A DNA stretch of 56,682 nucleotides from IMG/VR virus record IMGVR_UViG_3300022929_000030, positions 1 through 56,682 of that record; one strand, 5' to 3'. This DNA is from a virus (taxonomy: Duplodnaviria; Caudoviricetes). Below, piece after piece: positions 42,959-53,740 of the stretch. The position numbers and the translations under genes are program-made. Numbering within the stretch: the stretch's first letter is position 1; the number at the start of each line of letters is the position of its first letter. The notes below the pieces were generated by a model. It was given only the letters and a program-made list of their open reading frames with translations, searched no databases and had not been told where the DNA came from.

Positions 42959-45900
42959 CGCCCTGTTGCTGCTGTTGCTGCTGTTGTTGAGCGTTGATTA
43001 GCCCCGATACGGGGTCGTTGGGGAACATAGTAGCGTAATTTGCTCGCATGTTTGGATTGCCGCCTCCAGCCGCCGGGGGAGGAGCCTGCACCGGCGGCTG
43101 GGCTCCCGGCGTCGCAGGAGGCGCGGCATTTGGGAGTGGTGCCGGTGCCGCCTGCGGAGGAGTATTAATACTTTGTAGGTATTGCTCAAGTTCCGCCGTG
43201 GACGGCGCCGCGTTAGCCGGAGACACAAGATTAGGAAGCGTTAAATTAAATTGCGCATTCTGTATTTGCTCTTCCGTCGGAGTTAGCCCGGCGTTAATAA
43301 GCGCAGAATTAAGTTGTCTGTTCAATCGAATGCTTTTGTTTCCAGCGGAAGCGTTAAGCCCCTTATTAATAAGCAATTCCATCGTCGCCGGATTACGCGC
43401 GGCTTCTTGTAGCAAATCGTTAAAATATGTGTTGGGCATATGCTGAAACTTATTACGCGCAAATTGAATACCCGTTGAAGCTTCGACTAGACCCTGTGTC
43501 CGCCCGGTAAGCTTAGATATTTGCGCCCCTATACCAAGGCCGCCGATGCGAACAACAAGGTCATAAATAGCAGAAGGGGCGTCTTTAAGTTTGTAATTTC
43601 CGCGTTCTCCGTTTACTATTGCGTCTTCAATAAAAGTCGCCTCGCGCAAAATGGTATTAAGTCTTGTTGCTTCCGCATCCGAAAACAAGCCTTGTTGCCG
43701 CATAATGCCCATTACAGACTGCTGCCCCCGGGCTAACGGCTTAAACAAATAATCCCGATACGCTTTAAAACTCATTTTGTCATCTGCGCCGCCGGCAAAA
43801 GCATACGCATGATCTAAAATAGCGTCTCGCAAACCCGCCGCCACCTCGGGACTTGTTTGCGTAGCGGCTTTTGCCGCAGCATTTAAGTTTGAAGCAGGGT
43901 TCTTTGGGCGGTTGCCGGGAGAACCAATTAACGTCCCAACCCCCGCGGCAGGCGTTTCCGCATTGCCTAAAAACGCAGAAAGAGCAAGTTGGTTGTCGAG
44001 CCCCTTTCTAAACAGGCTGTCCTCTTTTCTAGCATCTGCCAACAACTTCTGCGCCGTTACCGAATTTGTTAAGTCGTCTTTCAATGATTGAAACATACTT
44101 AACGCTTCGTCATTTTGGCGCATCCATGCGGTCAAACCGTTCATGTTTACGCGGTCCGTTGCAGGGTTATAAAAGTTTGACGCCTGCCCTCGCAGCATTG
44201 TTTCTTGCGCGCCACGCACTGTGCCCAGACGCGCGGCCGCACTATCTGCAAAGTCTTCTCCCGCATTGTCCGCCATGAACCGTGCGGCGTCTTGAATTTG
44301 CAACAGCTTTAAATTAGTAGCGTTGGCACTCCCGCGCATAACTGTGTCAAAAACCAATTCAGGGGGTAGTTTTGCCGCTCCGGTTCTGCTTTTTCCCAAT
44401 ATATCGCCACTAAACGCCCGCGTGAAAACGTCGTTTAAAGACCGACTAAAATTATGGGCCGCCTGCAAGTTCAATTGGTTTTGAGTTTTAGGGCCTATTG
44501 TTTGAGAAGCTAACCCTAAATCATCCAGAGCCGCCTCTGCCATTTGGCCATAAAAATTACTGTCGCGGTAATTTCCCGCGGCCCGTGCGTCGCGGGCCAT
44601 AGAAAGCATTTCGCTGCGAAATCTTGTTAAATCGCCAACTGTTACATCTGGCGCGTCGGGAGCGCGGGCCGCTTCCGCCGCTTGAGATTCTTGTAAACGC
44701 GCAGAGTAGTTTCGCTGATACGCTTGTGTATCAATTACCTTTTGCTCGGCTTGTAAAAAATCAATTAATCGTTCTGCGTGAGACGCCACACGAGCGCGCT
44801 CAACCGCGGACAAATCACTGCCCACAACGTCGAGCCCTTTTTCCCGATAATTTCCTGCAACATTGGCTAAGTCTCTTATTACGGTGTCAAAGCTGCCTAA
44901 ATCTGACTTTATTTCAGCGATGATTGCGTTCATGTCCATGCCGTAAGCAAGAGCGCCGTCTACGCGGTCCGCGGCACCGGGGTATTTAGTTTCAAATTCT
45001 TGAAATTTGTCTTTTCTTTTATCTGCAATCGAGCGCAACCGACTTATTTCGTCTTGCGTTTCCCGGTAGCCAACAACAAAAGCATCCTCCACGGTTTCCA
45101 TGTCGCGGCCAGAAACTCTATTAACAAAACGTGTAATAAGCGAGGGAAAAGGACTTTCCGGTAATAAATCTGCACGAATTTTGTCAAACGCTGCAACCAC
45201 ACTTCCTGCCGCAGCGGGCTCAGTTTTGTCCACACGCGTATAGAGAATTCTCTCTTGGTCGCGCGCTTCCGTTAATACTTGACGCGTTTGCGTTTCAATA
45301 ACTTCCCCTGCTTTTTTCGCCGCGGTAGGCGTAGTGGAGATAATATTGCCCGCAGTGTCCGCGGCTTTGCCTTCCACTTGATTTAACCGAGATTGTAGAA
45401 GCTCTTCATATATGTTGCGCTGCATCGTTGCGGCCGCTTCCAAAAGACTCGGATCGTCCATGGCAATCATTAAATCCACCATTTTGGTCATGGCGGTAAG
45501 GTTTTGTAAGGACGCCCGTTCCAACGTAGGTCCAGATTTTAAATCGGCAGCAATATCTGCTTGCAACTTTGCTAAAGTAGGGGACAAAGCTTTGCCCGCC
45601 GCAGTAGTCGTGTCTAAATCCACGCCGGCGTCTGCGGCTAATGTGGCTAATTCTCTGTCCGACTGCAACGCTTTTAAAACTGCCGTAGGGTCTTCGCCGG
45701 CGTCTTCTAAAATCTTCACAACTTTAGTTCCAAGACGTTTGTATCGGCCTTCGGTGGTTAGTGTAGACAAAGCTGTTTTTAAGGGTTGAATAACCGGCGC
45801 AGTTATTCGGAGTATTTGCGCAGGGTTAAATATAGCCCCTGTAATTTCTGCGGAAGTACGCTTTAAAACATTTCCGGGATCAAGCTCTTCCGACAGGCCG

Positions 45901-46619
45901 CCTGCCAACGCCGAGGTTCCTGCCGCTCCTGTTTCTATGGCCGCAAAAGACATGGGCCGCGTCATTGCTGTTTCCAACACTTGTTCAACAGGAGTAGCCG
46001 CAATAGGTTTTCCGCCTTGTTTTTTAACAAACTCCCGAATGTGCATGGCTGGCCCAAGGGCCGCGTTCCGTGAAGCGGCTAAATACGGAACAGGTAACGG
46101 TAAGATGCCTCCGCCAAAGGTACGGCCGCCTTCGTATAGCCCCCGGCGCAAAGGTGCTTCGGGAAAGAAATATTCGTTAAGCTCGTTAGTGAGATACCCT
46201 CCGGTTAAAGCTCCCGCTATGGTGGTAGCCCCTAAAACAACGGGCGCCGTAACAGGCGCCGCGGGAGGAAATGCTGCGCTGGCTGCGGCAGCAAGGGGAA
46301 CACCCGCCTTAAAACCGCCGTAAGCGCCAAGACCCATTCCTCCTGTTTCAGTCATTCCTCGGTTAATGCCCTCCGCCAAAGTGGCTAAGGCCCCGGGATC
46401 GCGGACGGTGGAAAGATGCGAGATGACGTCTAGGTTTTTGATACCGGCTTCACGTGCGCCGGCGATATCATATTGTGTTTCAGCGGCCAAATAGTCGGCT
46501 ATTTCCGCATCGGTAAGCCCCGCTTCGCGGGCCGCGTTGTAATCATAGTCAATTTTTTTTGGTTGCAGCGCCTCGGCGGCTTGAATTGTAGGGCCTAACT
46601 GAACATTAGTGTCGGTCAT
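42951..46619 (-). CDS. Large internal virion / DNA ejection protein
   Basis: 1222 aa, Ala-rich and helical; N-terminal duplicated YDxxxAREAG motif; hydrophobic Gly/Ala segment; last gene of the tail operon. Confidence 0.7.
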   Translation of the reverse strand: MTDTNVQLGPTIQAAEALQPKKIDYDYNAAREAGLTDAEIADYLAAETQYDIAGAREAGIKNLDVISHLSTVRDPGALATLAEGINRGMTETGGMGLGAYGGFKAGVPLAAAASAAFPPAAPVTAPVVLGATTIAGALTGGYLTNELNEYFFPEAPLRRGLYEGGRTFGGGILPLPVPYLAASRNAALGPAMHIREFVKKQGGKPIAATPVEQVLETAMTRPMSFAAIETGAAGTSALAGGLSEELDPGNVLKRTSAEITGAIFNPAQILRITAPVIQPLKTALSTLTTEGRYKRLGTKVVKILEDAGEDPTAVLKALQSDRELATLAADAGVDLDTTTAAGKALSPTLAKLQADIAADLKSGPTLERASLQNLTAMTKMVDLMIAMDDPSLLEAAATMQRNIYEELLQSRLNQVEGKAADTAGNIISTTPTAAKKAGEVIETQTRQVLTEARDQERILYTRVDKTEPAAAGSVVAAFDKIRADLLPESPFPSLITRFVNRVSGRDMETVEDAFVVGYRETQDEISRLRSIADKRKDKFQEFETKYPGAADRVDGALAYGMDMNAIIAEIKSDLGSFDTVIRDLANVAGNYREKGLDVVGSDLSAVERARVASHAERLIDFLQAEQKVIDTQAYQRNYSARLQESQAAEAARAPDAPDVTVGDLTRFRSEMLSMARDARAAGNYRDSNFYGQMAEAALDDLGLASQTIGPKTQNQLNLQAAHNFSRSLNDVFTRAFSGDILGKSRTGAAKLPPELVFDTVMRGSANATNLKLLQIQDAARFMADNAGEDFADSAAARLGTVRGAQETMLRGQASNFYNPATDRVNMNGLTAWMRQNDEALSMFQSLKDDLTNSVTAQKLLADARKEDSLFRKGLDNQLALSAFLGNAETPAAGVGTLIGSPGNRPKNPASNLNAAAKAATQTSPEVAAGLRDAILDHAYAFAGGADDKMSFKAYRDYLFKPLARGQQSVMGIMRQQGLFSDAEATRLNTILREATFIEDAIVNGERGNYKLKDAPSAIYDLVVRIGGLGIGAQISKLTGRTQGLVEASTGIQFARNKFQHMPNTYFNDLLQEAARNPATMELLINKGLNASAGNKSIRLNRQLNSALINAGLTPTEEQIQNAQFNLTLPNLVSPANAAPSTAELEQYLQSINTPPQAAPAPLPNAAPPATPGAQPPVQAPPPAAGGGNPNMRANYATMFPNDPVSGLINAQQQQQQQQQGAR

Positions 46620-46621
46620 CT

Positions 46622-49600
46622 TTATCCCCCATTTTGGCCATAAGATTTACTGTCGCGGTCAAAGTCGGCAACGTTTGGTTTTGCCGGATTCAAATCTTGT
46701 TGAATGCCGTCTAGTAAAGAATTATACGCTTTTATAATGGCAACCCCCTGCTCTAACGCTTGTTCAGCCTTTTGGCGTTCAGAAAAAGAACCAATCGTAA
46801 CTAAATCTTTTTGAGCTTGATCCACTTCACGTTCAAAAAACGTAATCAAAGACCTTATTTGGGAAGCTGCGGTAGTGCGGTTCCCAATAATTTTTGCACC
46901 TTTCGGCAAAAGCGTAGCAAAATTTGTAACCGCTTCTTCTGCACGGCCCGGCGTCATGTTTCTAAACGCAATTTTTGCACTTTCATTTAAACTATTTAGT
47001 GCAGAAAGCCCCTCTTTTGTTCTTTCCGCAGGAGCGCCTTCAAAGAAAATAGAAACGCCTGCGTTAAACATGTTTCTAAAGAAGGCCCCTGTTCCAAACG
47101 CCGCGCCGCCGTACTGTTTTAACGGTAAGTTATTAGCAATATCCGTTGGGGTTTCTTCGGGCATTGGTATTTGTGTTGGAAGACCCAATGCGGCTCTAGC
47201 TTTTTCGGCGTCTTGAATAATAACGGGCAACGGAGGAGCAACATTTGACCCCGCTCGTGGAGTGGACAATTCGGAAATAGCCCCTTGTATTTTAGCCTCT
47301 TCCGACGGCGTTGTTTTACCTTCGCTGTAACGCTTCATAAGGTCAACGTCTTGAACAATGGCCTGCATTCTTTCGGTAAGGGTTTGTGGGCTCTCGGCCA
47401 CGGTAAACACTTCAACGGGACTACTAGGATCGGTAATATCCAATAGCGTTCCGTTAATCACTTTATATTCTCGTTTCTTATCGCCAAACAAAACTTTAAC
47501 GTTTTCGGGATCTGTGTAATCAATTAGTTGCCCCGAAACAGTGGTTGTTTTTTGTTCTCCCGGCTGTTTGTAAAGCTCTTTAACATTGTTTGGATCAGTA
47601 ATATCTAGCAGCACCCCTCCGATAGTAGTTGTTTTAACGTCTTTCGGTGCTTCATAAATAGTTTTAGGATTATCCGGATCAGTAAAGTCCACGGCGCGTC
47701 CATCCACAATTCGTATGTCCGATTTTGTCTTCGCTTTAAATACTTCAACGGGATTGCCGGGATCGGTAATATCCAACAACGTGTTATCAATAACTTGATA
47801 TTTCCGTGTTTTATCCCCAAACAGAACTTTAACGTCTGCGGGATCCGTATAATCTATTAACTGACCTTGAACGGTAGCCGTTTTTTGCACCGGATCCTGT
47901 CGGTACAATTCTTTAACGTTTGAAATGTCCGTAACATCCAACAAAACTCCGCCAACATTAGCTGTTTTTGTTTCTTTTGGCGCAGTAAACACTACTTTTG
48001 GATTTGAAACGTCGGTAAAGTCCACCGCTTGGTTGTTAAAAATACGAATGTCCGGTTTCTGCGCTGTTTCGTGAACGGTAACAACATTGCTTGCATCCGT
48101 AATATCCAACAGCTTACCACCCATAACCTGATACTTGCGAGTTTTGTCACCAAACAAAACTGTAACGTTTGCTGGATCCGTATAATCAATTAACTGGCCA
48201 TCTACAGTAGTTGTTTTTCGAGGTGCGGAACCTTTGTACAATTCTTTAATTTTTGTTGGATCTGTAATATCTAATACAACATTTCCAACCGTAATTGTTT
48301 TTATGTCCGGAGTGGCCGAATACAGAATTTTAACATTTGCTGGATCCGTATAATCAATTAACTGGCCATCTATCGTAGTTACTTTTTGCTCAGAAGTTTC
48401 GTCGGTATAAAGAGTTATTATGTTATCCGGATCGGTAATGTCTAACAACGTGTCCCCAACTTGTTCAATGTCTCGATTATTTGATCCCTTTAACACTAAA
48501 ACAGGCTTTTGCCCGCTGACGTCATACAAGTTTCCGTCAAATTCGGTAAATTTACTTTTTTCGTCGGAAGGCTTTTGATCCGTATATCCCGAACTTATAA
48601 GTTTTTGAGCTTCTAATATGCCTTCCGAGGTTGCCGTGTTAATGCTTTTTTTCTTTCCGTCTGGGCCAAACAACGTCGTTATGCTAAATTCAGGAGATTT
48701 CCCTGCACGCACGCGTTGGGCCGCGGTTATTGCCGAATACTCGCCCTGCGCTGCCTGCAATGCGGCAAGCTTCATAGCCTGTTCTTGTTGTTGATTGGCC
48801 GCGCCAAGCGCCCCAAGTTGTGCGCCCAAACCTGTTGTAGCGCCCGCAAGCTGCGCCGCAGGAGAAAGACCACGTAAATCTTGACCGCCCGCGCCCTGTC
48901 CGGCAGCAAACCTACCGGCCGCATCCGCTATAGCAAACAATGCCTGCGACCGCGCCGCCTGCTTTTGTTGTTCAGGATCGCCCATAATGCTCTGATAGGT
49001 GGGCAACATCTGCTGATAGAGGTTTTCCAAAGTAGGATCGCCTCCGCCCTGTAATCTTACCGGGCCGCCCTGACTAAAATTTGCGGGAGGAGTGTTGCCC
49101 GCCCCCTGTGCCATAAGTGCGCCAACCCCTCCAGCCATCGGGGTAGGTGCCCCGGTGGGGGTTTCCATTTCTACATTCGACGCAATCCCCTGCATCAGTT
49201 CCCCAATACCGCTGTCCACGGCACCTTGCTCGGTCATCATAATTGTGGGCTGCACCAACGCTAAAACTGATTCCGGAGTAGCCTGCGCATCCTCGGGACC
49301 AACCAAGCCGGCTAATTCATTGTATCTAGCTTGAAGCGGCTTATCGTTGCCCCGCAAAGCGTCAATAACGCCCTTCATGTCTTCGGCCGCGTCCAAACCC
49401 GCCATCATTTGACCGGCATACTCTTGGCCAACTTGCTCCATTTGACCCGCCATGCTCTGCTCCGCCGCAATAAGCTGCTGCTCTTGTGGCCCCATTTGAC
49501 CGCCCATTGGACCGGGGGCCGCGGGAGGTGGTGGGGGAGGCATCATATCTTGCGGCATGGGTTGCGCTGGACCGCCAGCTTGGCGAAACAAAGGACGTTG

Positions 49601-49708
49601 CATTACGGGACCGCCCATTTGATACCGTTGTGCTAAACTGGGATCCATTTTTTGTTGAACAGACTCCGGCAGGCGTGAAAACCCTTTGTATTGGTTAGGT
49701 ACGTTCAT
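46622..49708 (-). CDS. Internal virion protein with ~14 beta-rich internal repeats
   Basis: 1028 aa; MQRPLFR and xxGGPV motifs at the N-terminus; central G-x-L-x-D-(I/Y/F/V)-T-D-P repeats. Confidence 0.75.
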   Translation of the reverse strand: MNVPNQYKGFSRLPESVQQKMDPSLAQRYQMGGPVMQRPLFRQAGGPAQPMPQDMMPPPPPPAAPGPMGGQMGPQEQQLIAAEQSMAGQMEQVGQEYAGQMMAGLDAAEDMKGVIDALRGNDKPLQARYNELAGLVGPEDAQATPESVLALVQPTIMMTEQGAVDSGIGELMQGIASNVEMETPTGAPTPMAGGVGALMAQGAGNTPPANFSQGGPVRLQGGGDPTLENLYQQMLPTYQSIMGDPEQQKQAARSQALFAIADAAGRFAAGQGAGGQDLRGLSPAAQLAGATTGLGAQLGALGAANQQQEQAMKLAALQAAQGEYSAITAAQRVRAGKSPEFSITTLFGPDGKKKSINTATSEGILEAQKLISSGYTDQKPSDEKSKFTEFDGNLYDVSGQKPVLVLKGSNNRDIEQVGDTLLDITDPDNIITLYTDETSEQKVTTIDGQLIDYTDPANVKILYSATPDIKTITVGNVVLDITDPTKIKELYKGSAPRKTTTVDGQLIDYTDPANVTVLFGDKTRKYQVMGGKLLDITDASNVVTVHETAQKPDIRIFNNQAVDFTDVSNPKVVFTAPKETKTANVGGVLLDVTDISNVKELYRQDPVQKTATVQGQLIDYTDPADVKVLFGDKTRKYQVIDNTLLDITDPGNPVEVFKAKTKSDIRIVDGRAVDFTDPDNPKTIYEAPKDVKTTTIGGVLLDITDPNNVKELYKQPGEQKTTTVSGQLIDYTDPENVKVLFGDKKREYKVINGTLLDITDPSSPVEVFTVAESPQTLTERMQAIVQDVDLMKRYSEGKTTPSEEAKIQGAISELSTPRAGSNVAPPLPVIIQDAEKARAALGLPTQIPMPEETPTDIANNLPLKQYGGAAFGTGAFFRNMFNAGVSIFFEGAPAERTKEGLSALNSLNESAKIAFRNMTPGRAEEAVTNFATLLPKGAKIIGNRTTAASQIRSLITFFEREVDQAQKDLVTIGSFSERQKAEQALEQGVAIIKAYNSLLDGIQQDLNPAKPNVADFDRDSKSYGQNGG

Positions 49709-51972
49709 TAAAATAACCCCGCTTCTCTAGCACCGCCCGCGGCGCTAAGTCCCTGTATGCCCAAGCCAAGGGCCGTTTGAAATGGTGAAACCTGTGGCGT
49801 AGACGTTGCTGTAACCGTTTGTTGCGACGTTGGTACACCCATGTAAATGTCTGACAAGAATCCGTATTGCTGGTACGGCTGCGCTTGCTGCGCTGTAGTG
49901 GTAAGCCGCGTGGCGTCCAGACCCGCTTGGCGAATACCTCTTTCCAGAGCGCCCGACGTAATAAGGTTGGATATATCCCGTGAGCCCAGACTAGACAGCA
50001 TAGACCCGATATTGGCTTGCTGACCACCAAGTGCGCCAAGCTGCGTGCCAAATTGACCGTATTGCCCGGCCAACGCGCCAAGGCCCTGACCAAGATTTTG
50101 TTGCTGGCCGCCCATAGCAAGAAGCTGTGCGACGTCTGCTTGACCCAATTGACCAAACTGAAGACCAAGCTGGCCTTGTTGCTGCGCCCCTTGCAAACCA
50201 AGGTTGCCCATTTGATTGGCCAAGTTGCCCATGGCCTGACCGCCCTGCATTCCAATGTTTGCCCCGGCCTGCGTTTGTGACCCGGCCTGACCCAAGCCCG
50301 CAATACCCATTTGCCCGGCAGCTTGTGCGCCCTGCATTCCAAGACGCGCTTGCCCTTGCCCTAACGTTGCAATGCCTTGCGCGGCGGCGTTTTGCGCCTG
50401 CTCTACGGAAATACCCAACTGCCCAGCAATTTGCTCCGCAGACATACCAAGTTGCGCCATTTGAGCGGCATTTTTTGCAGCCCCTTGCTCCGCAGTCATG
50501 CCCATTTGACCTGCTTGACCCGCGAATTGACCGGAAAGTTGTTGCGCACTCATTCCAGTAGATGCGGCCAATTGTTCAATATTCATGCCCGTTTGCGCAA
50601 TAGCCTGCTGATTAGCCGACGCTTGTTGCTCGGCAGACAACCCAAGTTGCGCGCCCTGCAAAGAACCGGTTTGTGCCAGTTGCTCGGCGGACAGGCCAAG
50701 ATTACCCATTTGTGTGGCGGCTGTTTGCCCGCGGCCTTGTGCGGCTTCAAAGGCTGTTTGCGCGCGGTTCGCGGCGTCGGTAAATCCGGCCTGCCGCATT
50801 TGCGCCGCTGTGCGCCCTTGTTGTTCCAAAACGTTGCGACCAAGCTCGGCTTGTGCAATCGCGCCGCGAGAACCGCCAAAGGCGCCCGCGCCGACTTGCT
50901 GTGCGGCAAGCTGGTTCTGTTGTATTTCACCTTGACGGGCAACATCGGCAAGCGCCTGTTGTACCGCTTGATCTTCATACTGGCTCATAAATGCGCCAAT
51001 ACCACCGGGATCAAACTGCCCTGTTGTACCGCCAAGCATTTGCTGCGCGGCGGCAACAGATTGACGCGCATTTTGAGCGGCAGTCGCCGCGCCTTGCTGC
51101 CCGGTTGCGGCGGCCCCACGGGCGCCCGTGGTAGCCGCGCCTAACCCTTGACCCAAGGGCGCGTTTAATCCTCGTAAATTTGCACCGGCTGTTCCCGCGA
51201 TATCCTGCGCACCCTGCGCAAAACCTCCAAGAGCCTGCCCTGTTGCCGCAGCCTGCCCGCGCATTCCGGCGGTAGCCGCATCTAATCCTGCAATTCCTGA
51301 ACCCGCCGCACCTCGCAGGCCCTCGCCAGCCATTTGTTGAATGGTTCCTAAGTCACCGATATTGGTGCCTAGAACGTCCTGCGCGCCCTGCGTACCCGCT
51401 GCGGAGGCCGCTGCTTGGTTACGAATGTCCCCTGCCGCGTCAAAGCCAAACTGTCGAGACTCTGCACCGAGGTCCGCGAGAGTTGAGCCGAGGGCCGAGG
51501 ATTGCTGTAATTGAGCTAATGCCCCTGCACCCATGCCCGTGCCCAGCTGCACGGCGTCTTGAATGCCTTGGTTAGCGGCCGCTTGATAGGCATAAGGAAT
51601 ATTACGGGTATTGCCCGCTAATTGCGCCGCTTGGTTAATAAAGTCTTGCCCGCCGCCCATGCTAGTCATGGCTTGTTGCAAGGCCGGAATGCCGCCTTGT
51701 TGGATGTAGTTTTGTCCGCCTATAATAGCGTTAGCCCCACCTTGTAGGTAGGGCGCGTATTGTCCAACACCTTGTTGCGCTAATGCAATGGCATCTAACT
51801 CGGGCTGTCCCAGTCCCGCAACTTGATATGCGGGCGGCGCTTGAGGGTTTTGTACTTGGTTGGCAATAAACTGTTGTACGTCGGCTAACAGCGCGCGGCG
51901 GTACTTTTCAATGTTGGGGTCTTGGCGCGTTATTGAGGTATTAACGGTGCCATAGTTTGTTGTGTCGGTCAT
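49708..51972 (-). CDS. Q/A/G-rich internal virion (ejection) protein
   Basis: 754 aa with AGAFGGSR motif and a C-terminal amphipathic SPFQTALGLG. Confidence 0.75.
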   Translation of the reverse strand: MTDTTNYGTVNTSITRQDPNIEKYRRALLADVQQFIANQVQNPQAPPAYQVAGLGQPELDAIALAQQGVGQYAPYLQGGANAIIGGQNYIQQGGIPALQQAMTSMGGGQDFINQAAQLAGNTRNIPYAYQAAANQGIQDAVQLGTGMGAGALAQLQQSSALGSTLADLGAESRQFGFDAAGDIRNQAAASAAGTQGAQDVLGTNIGDLGTIQQMAGEGLRGAAGSGIAGLDAATAGMRGQAAATGQALGGFAQGAQDIAGTAGANLRGLNAPLGQGLGAATTGARGAAATGQQGAATAAQNARQSVAAAQQMLGGTTGQFDPGGIGAFMSQYEDQAVQQALADVARQGEIQQNQLAAQQVGAGAFGGSRGAIAQAELGRNVLEQQGRTAAQMRQAGFTDAANRAQTAFEAAQGRGQTAATQMGNLGLSAEQLAQTGSLQGAQLGLSAEQQASANQQAIAQTGMNIEQLAASTGMSAQQLSGQFAGQAGQMGMTAEQGAAKNAAQMAQLGMSAEQIAGQLGISVEQAQNAAAQGIATLGQGQARLGMQGAQAAGQMGIAGLGQAGSQTQAGANIGMQGGQAMGNLANQMGNLGLQGAQQQGQLGLQFGQLGQADVAQLLAMGGQQQNLGQGLGALAGQYGQFGTQLGALGGQQANIGSMLSSLGSRDISNLITSGALERGIRQAGLDATRLTTTAQQAQPYQQYGFLSDIYMGVPTSQQTVTATSTPQVSPFQTALGLGIQGLSAAGGAREAGLF

Positions 51973-53516
51973 GCTACGGCACCCCCTTCAAACATTCGCA
52001 TCATATTATACATGTTTTTCATGCCTTGTTGACGACTTCCACCGCCCGCGCCACGCACCGCATCGGCGGTCATTACAAACTCGCCATCTGAAAGCATGGC
52101 CGGAACACTGTCAGAAGTGCCTGTACCCGGACCAGAAATAGGGCCATTACGGCGCGGGAAGTTTTGTACGCCACCACCGTTTGCCGCGTAAATACCGCTT
52201 ATTGGGTTGCCAAAGCGGTCATAGCCAAACACTTGATCGCTGCCTATTTGACCTTGCGCAATTAATGCTTGCAGATCAGGCAGTTGCAGATCAGGCAGTG
52301 CAAAAGACGGTGCATTGGGGTCTTGAGCCATGGCGTTAGGCATTGCGCCGGCCATTTGTACCATGTCTTGGTTTGTTGCGCTTATGCCGGGAACGCTGGA
52401 GGCAGGGACAATGCTGTCGTTTACGCCGGGAAGCGGATAACGCTCTGGAACGCCCACGCGCACCGCGTCGATTTCTTCCTGCGTTAGTTCCGGATACGGG
52501 CTAAATCCTTCGGGCAAGCCTTGCCCTTCTGGCGGATCAAACGCGCCCGCCGCAAAGGCTACGCCTGTGCCGGCTAATGCCGCGGGGCCAAATTGCTGAA
52601 GTACGCCGGGAGCCGCTTGTGCTATCTGTTCAGCCGCAGTTAATGTACTAAACCCCGGAACAGTAGCCTTAAAAGATTCTATGTTTTTAGCCAATAAGTC
52701 TTGCTTGCTGGGCAACAAAACGTCTTTTGCGGTTTGTGCAAAAGTTTTACTGCCTTCAACTGCGGATTTTCCCGTTTCTCCAAGACGCGCTAACTCTGAA
52801 CCCGCTACGTTTGGAGTTGCCCCCGCCATCGGCTTGCGGCCAAAGAAACTATACGCTGGATCGCCTTGGAAGCCTTTTCCAATGCCGCCTAAGAAACCAC
52901 CTTCTTTTCCAATATTACCAATGCCGGACGAAAGACCGCCTATAGCGCCACCAATAAGCGCCGCCTTCATACTGTCTTCAAAACTCTTGCCTTGGGCTAA
53001 TGACCCGAGGCCCGCGCCCAACGCGCCAGAGGCAATTGTGCCCATGCCGGGAAAAACAGCATTTAACACAAAGGGTAAAACAACAGGCGCAATCTTTTTA
53101 ACGACGTTTACAACGCCCTTTACCGCCTTTTTAATTCCACCAACAAGCTTTTTAAGAAAAAACTCTCGCTGCCCCGTCATAGGATTAACCGAGTTACTAT
53201 CTGATCCAACCACATACGCGTCAGGATCCGCCCCCTCCGCAGCAATAGCCTGATTAATCATGGCCAGCATTTCAGGGTTTTTCTCCGCAACCTCCCGGGG
53301 AACCATAACTTCCCGCTCAGAAGCATGAACAATGTATTCATCGCCCTCGCGGCCCATGTTCGCCATGCGCTCCGCCACATCTCGCATAGAGTTAATACCC
53401 TTAGGAGCGCCAAACATTAAAATGCTGTCGTCTATTTCGTCCATGTTGGAAGCTAGAAAGGAGCCAATACCGCGGTCATCAACCTCTATCATTTGTGCGC
53501 CATTGTTTGCCATCAT
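51969..53516 (-). CDS. Pilot / ejection protein with tape-measure-like C-terminal motif
   Basis: GREGDEYIVH...NPMTGQREFFLKKL, hydrophobic Gly-rich helices, GPGTGTSDSVPAMLSDGEFV. Confidence 0.7.
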   Translation of the reverse strand: MMANNGAQMIEVDDRGIGSFLASNMDEIDDSILMFGAPKGINSMRDVAERMANMGREGDEYIVHASEREVMVPREVAEKNPEMLAMINQAIAAEGADPDAYVVGSDSNSVNPMTGQREFFLKKLVGGIKKAVKGVVNVVKKIAPVVLPFVLNAVFPGMGTIASGALGAGLGSLAQGKSFEDSMKAALIGGAIGGLSSGIGNIGKEGGFLGGIGKGFQGDPAYSFFGRKPMAGATPNVAGSELARLGETGKSAVEGSKTFAQTAKDVLLPSKQDLLAKNIESFKATVPGFSTLTAAEQIAQAAPGVLQQFGPAALAGTGVAFAAGAFDPPEGQGLPEGFSPYPELTQEEIDAVRVGVPERYPLPGVNDSIVPASSVPGISATNQDMVQMAGAMPNAMAQDPNAPSFALPDLQLPDLQALIAQGQIGSDQVFGYDRFGNPISGIYAANGGGVQNFPRRNGPISGPGTGTSDSVPAMLSDGEFVMTADAVRGAGGGSRQQGMKNMYNMMRMFEGGAVA

Positions 53517-53740
53517 GCCTCACCTCTAATAGCTTCGGGCGCAGTGACCGAAATTACCGTGCTGCGCGCTTCAGAACCCGTCCAAGGCTCGTTACAATCA
53601 GGACATTTTCCATCCGGGTAACTCGCAACTTCTTCGGGGGTATCCACTGCGTTATTACAATTTATACAATGCACCATATCAGAACTTGTGGAAGGTTTCC
53701 AGCGAGAGCCGTCTGCCATAGTAATAATAGTATCGCTCAT
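53513..53740 (-). CDS. Small zinc-ribbon protein
   Basis: CINC...CPDC; ATGA overlaps with neighbours. Confidence 0.7.
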   Translation of the reverse strand: MSDTIITMADGSRWKPSTSSDMVHCINCNNAVDTPEEVASYPDGKCPDCNEPWTGSEARSTVISVTAPEAIRGEA

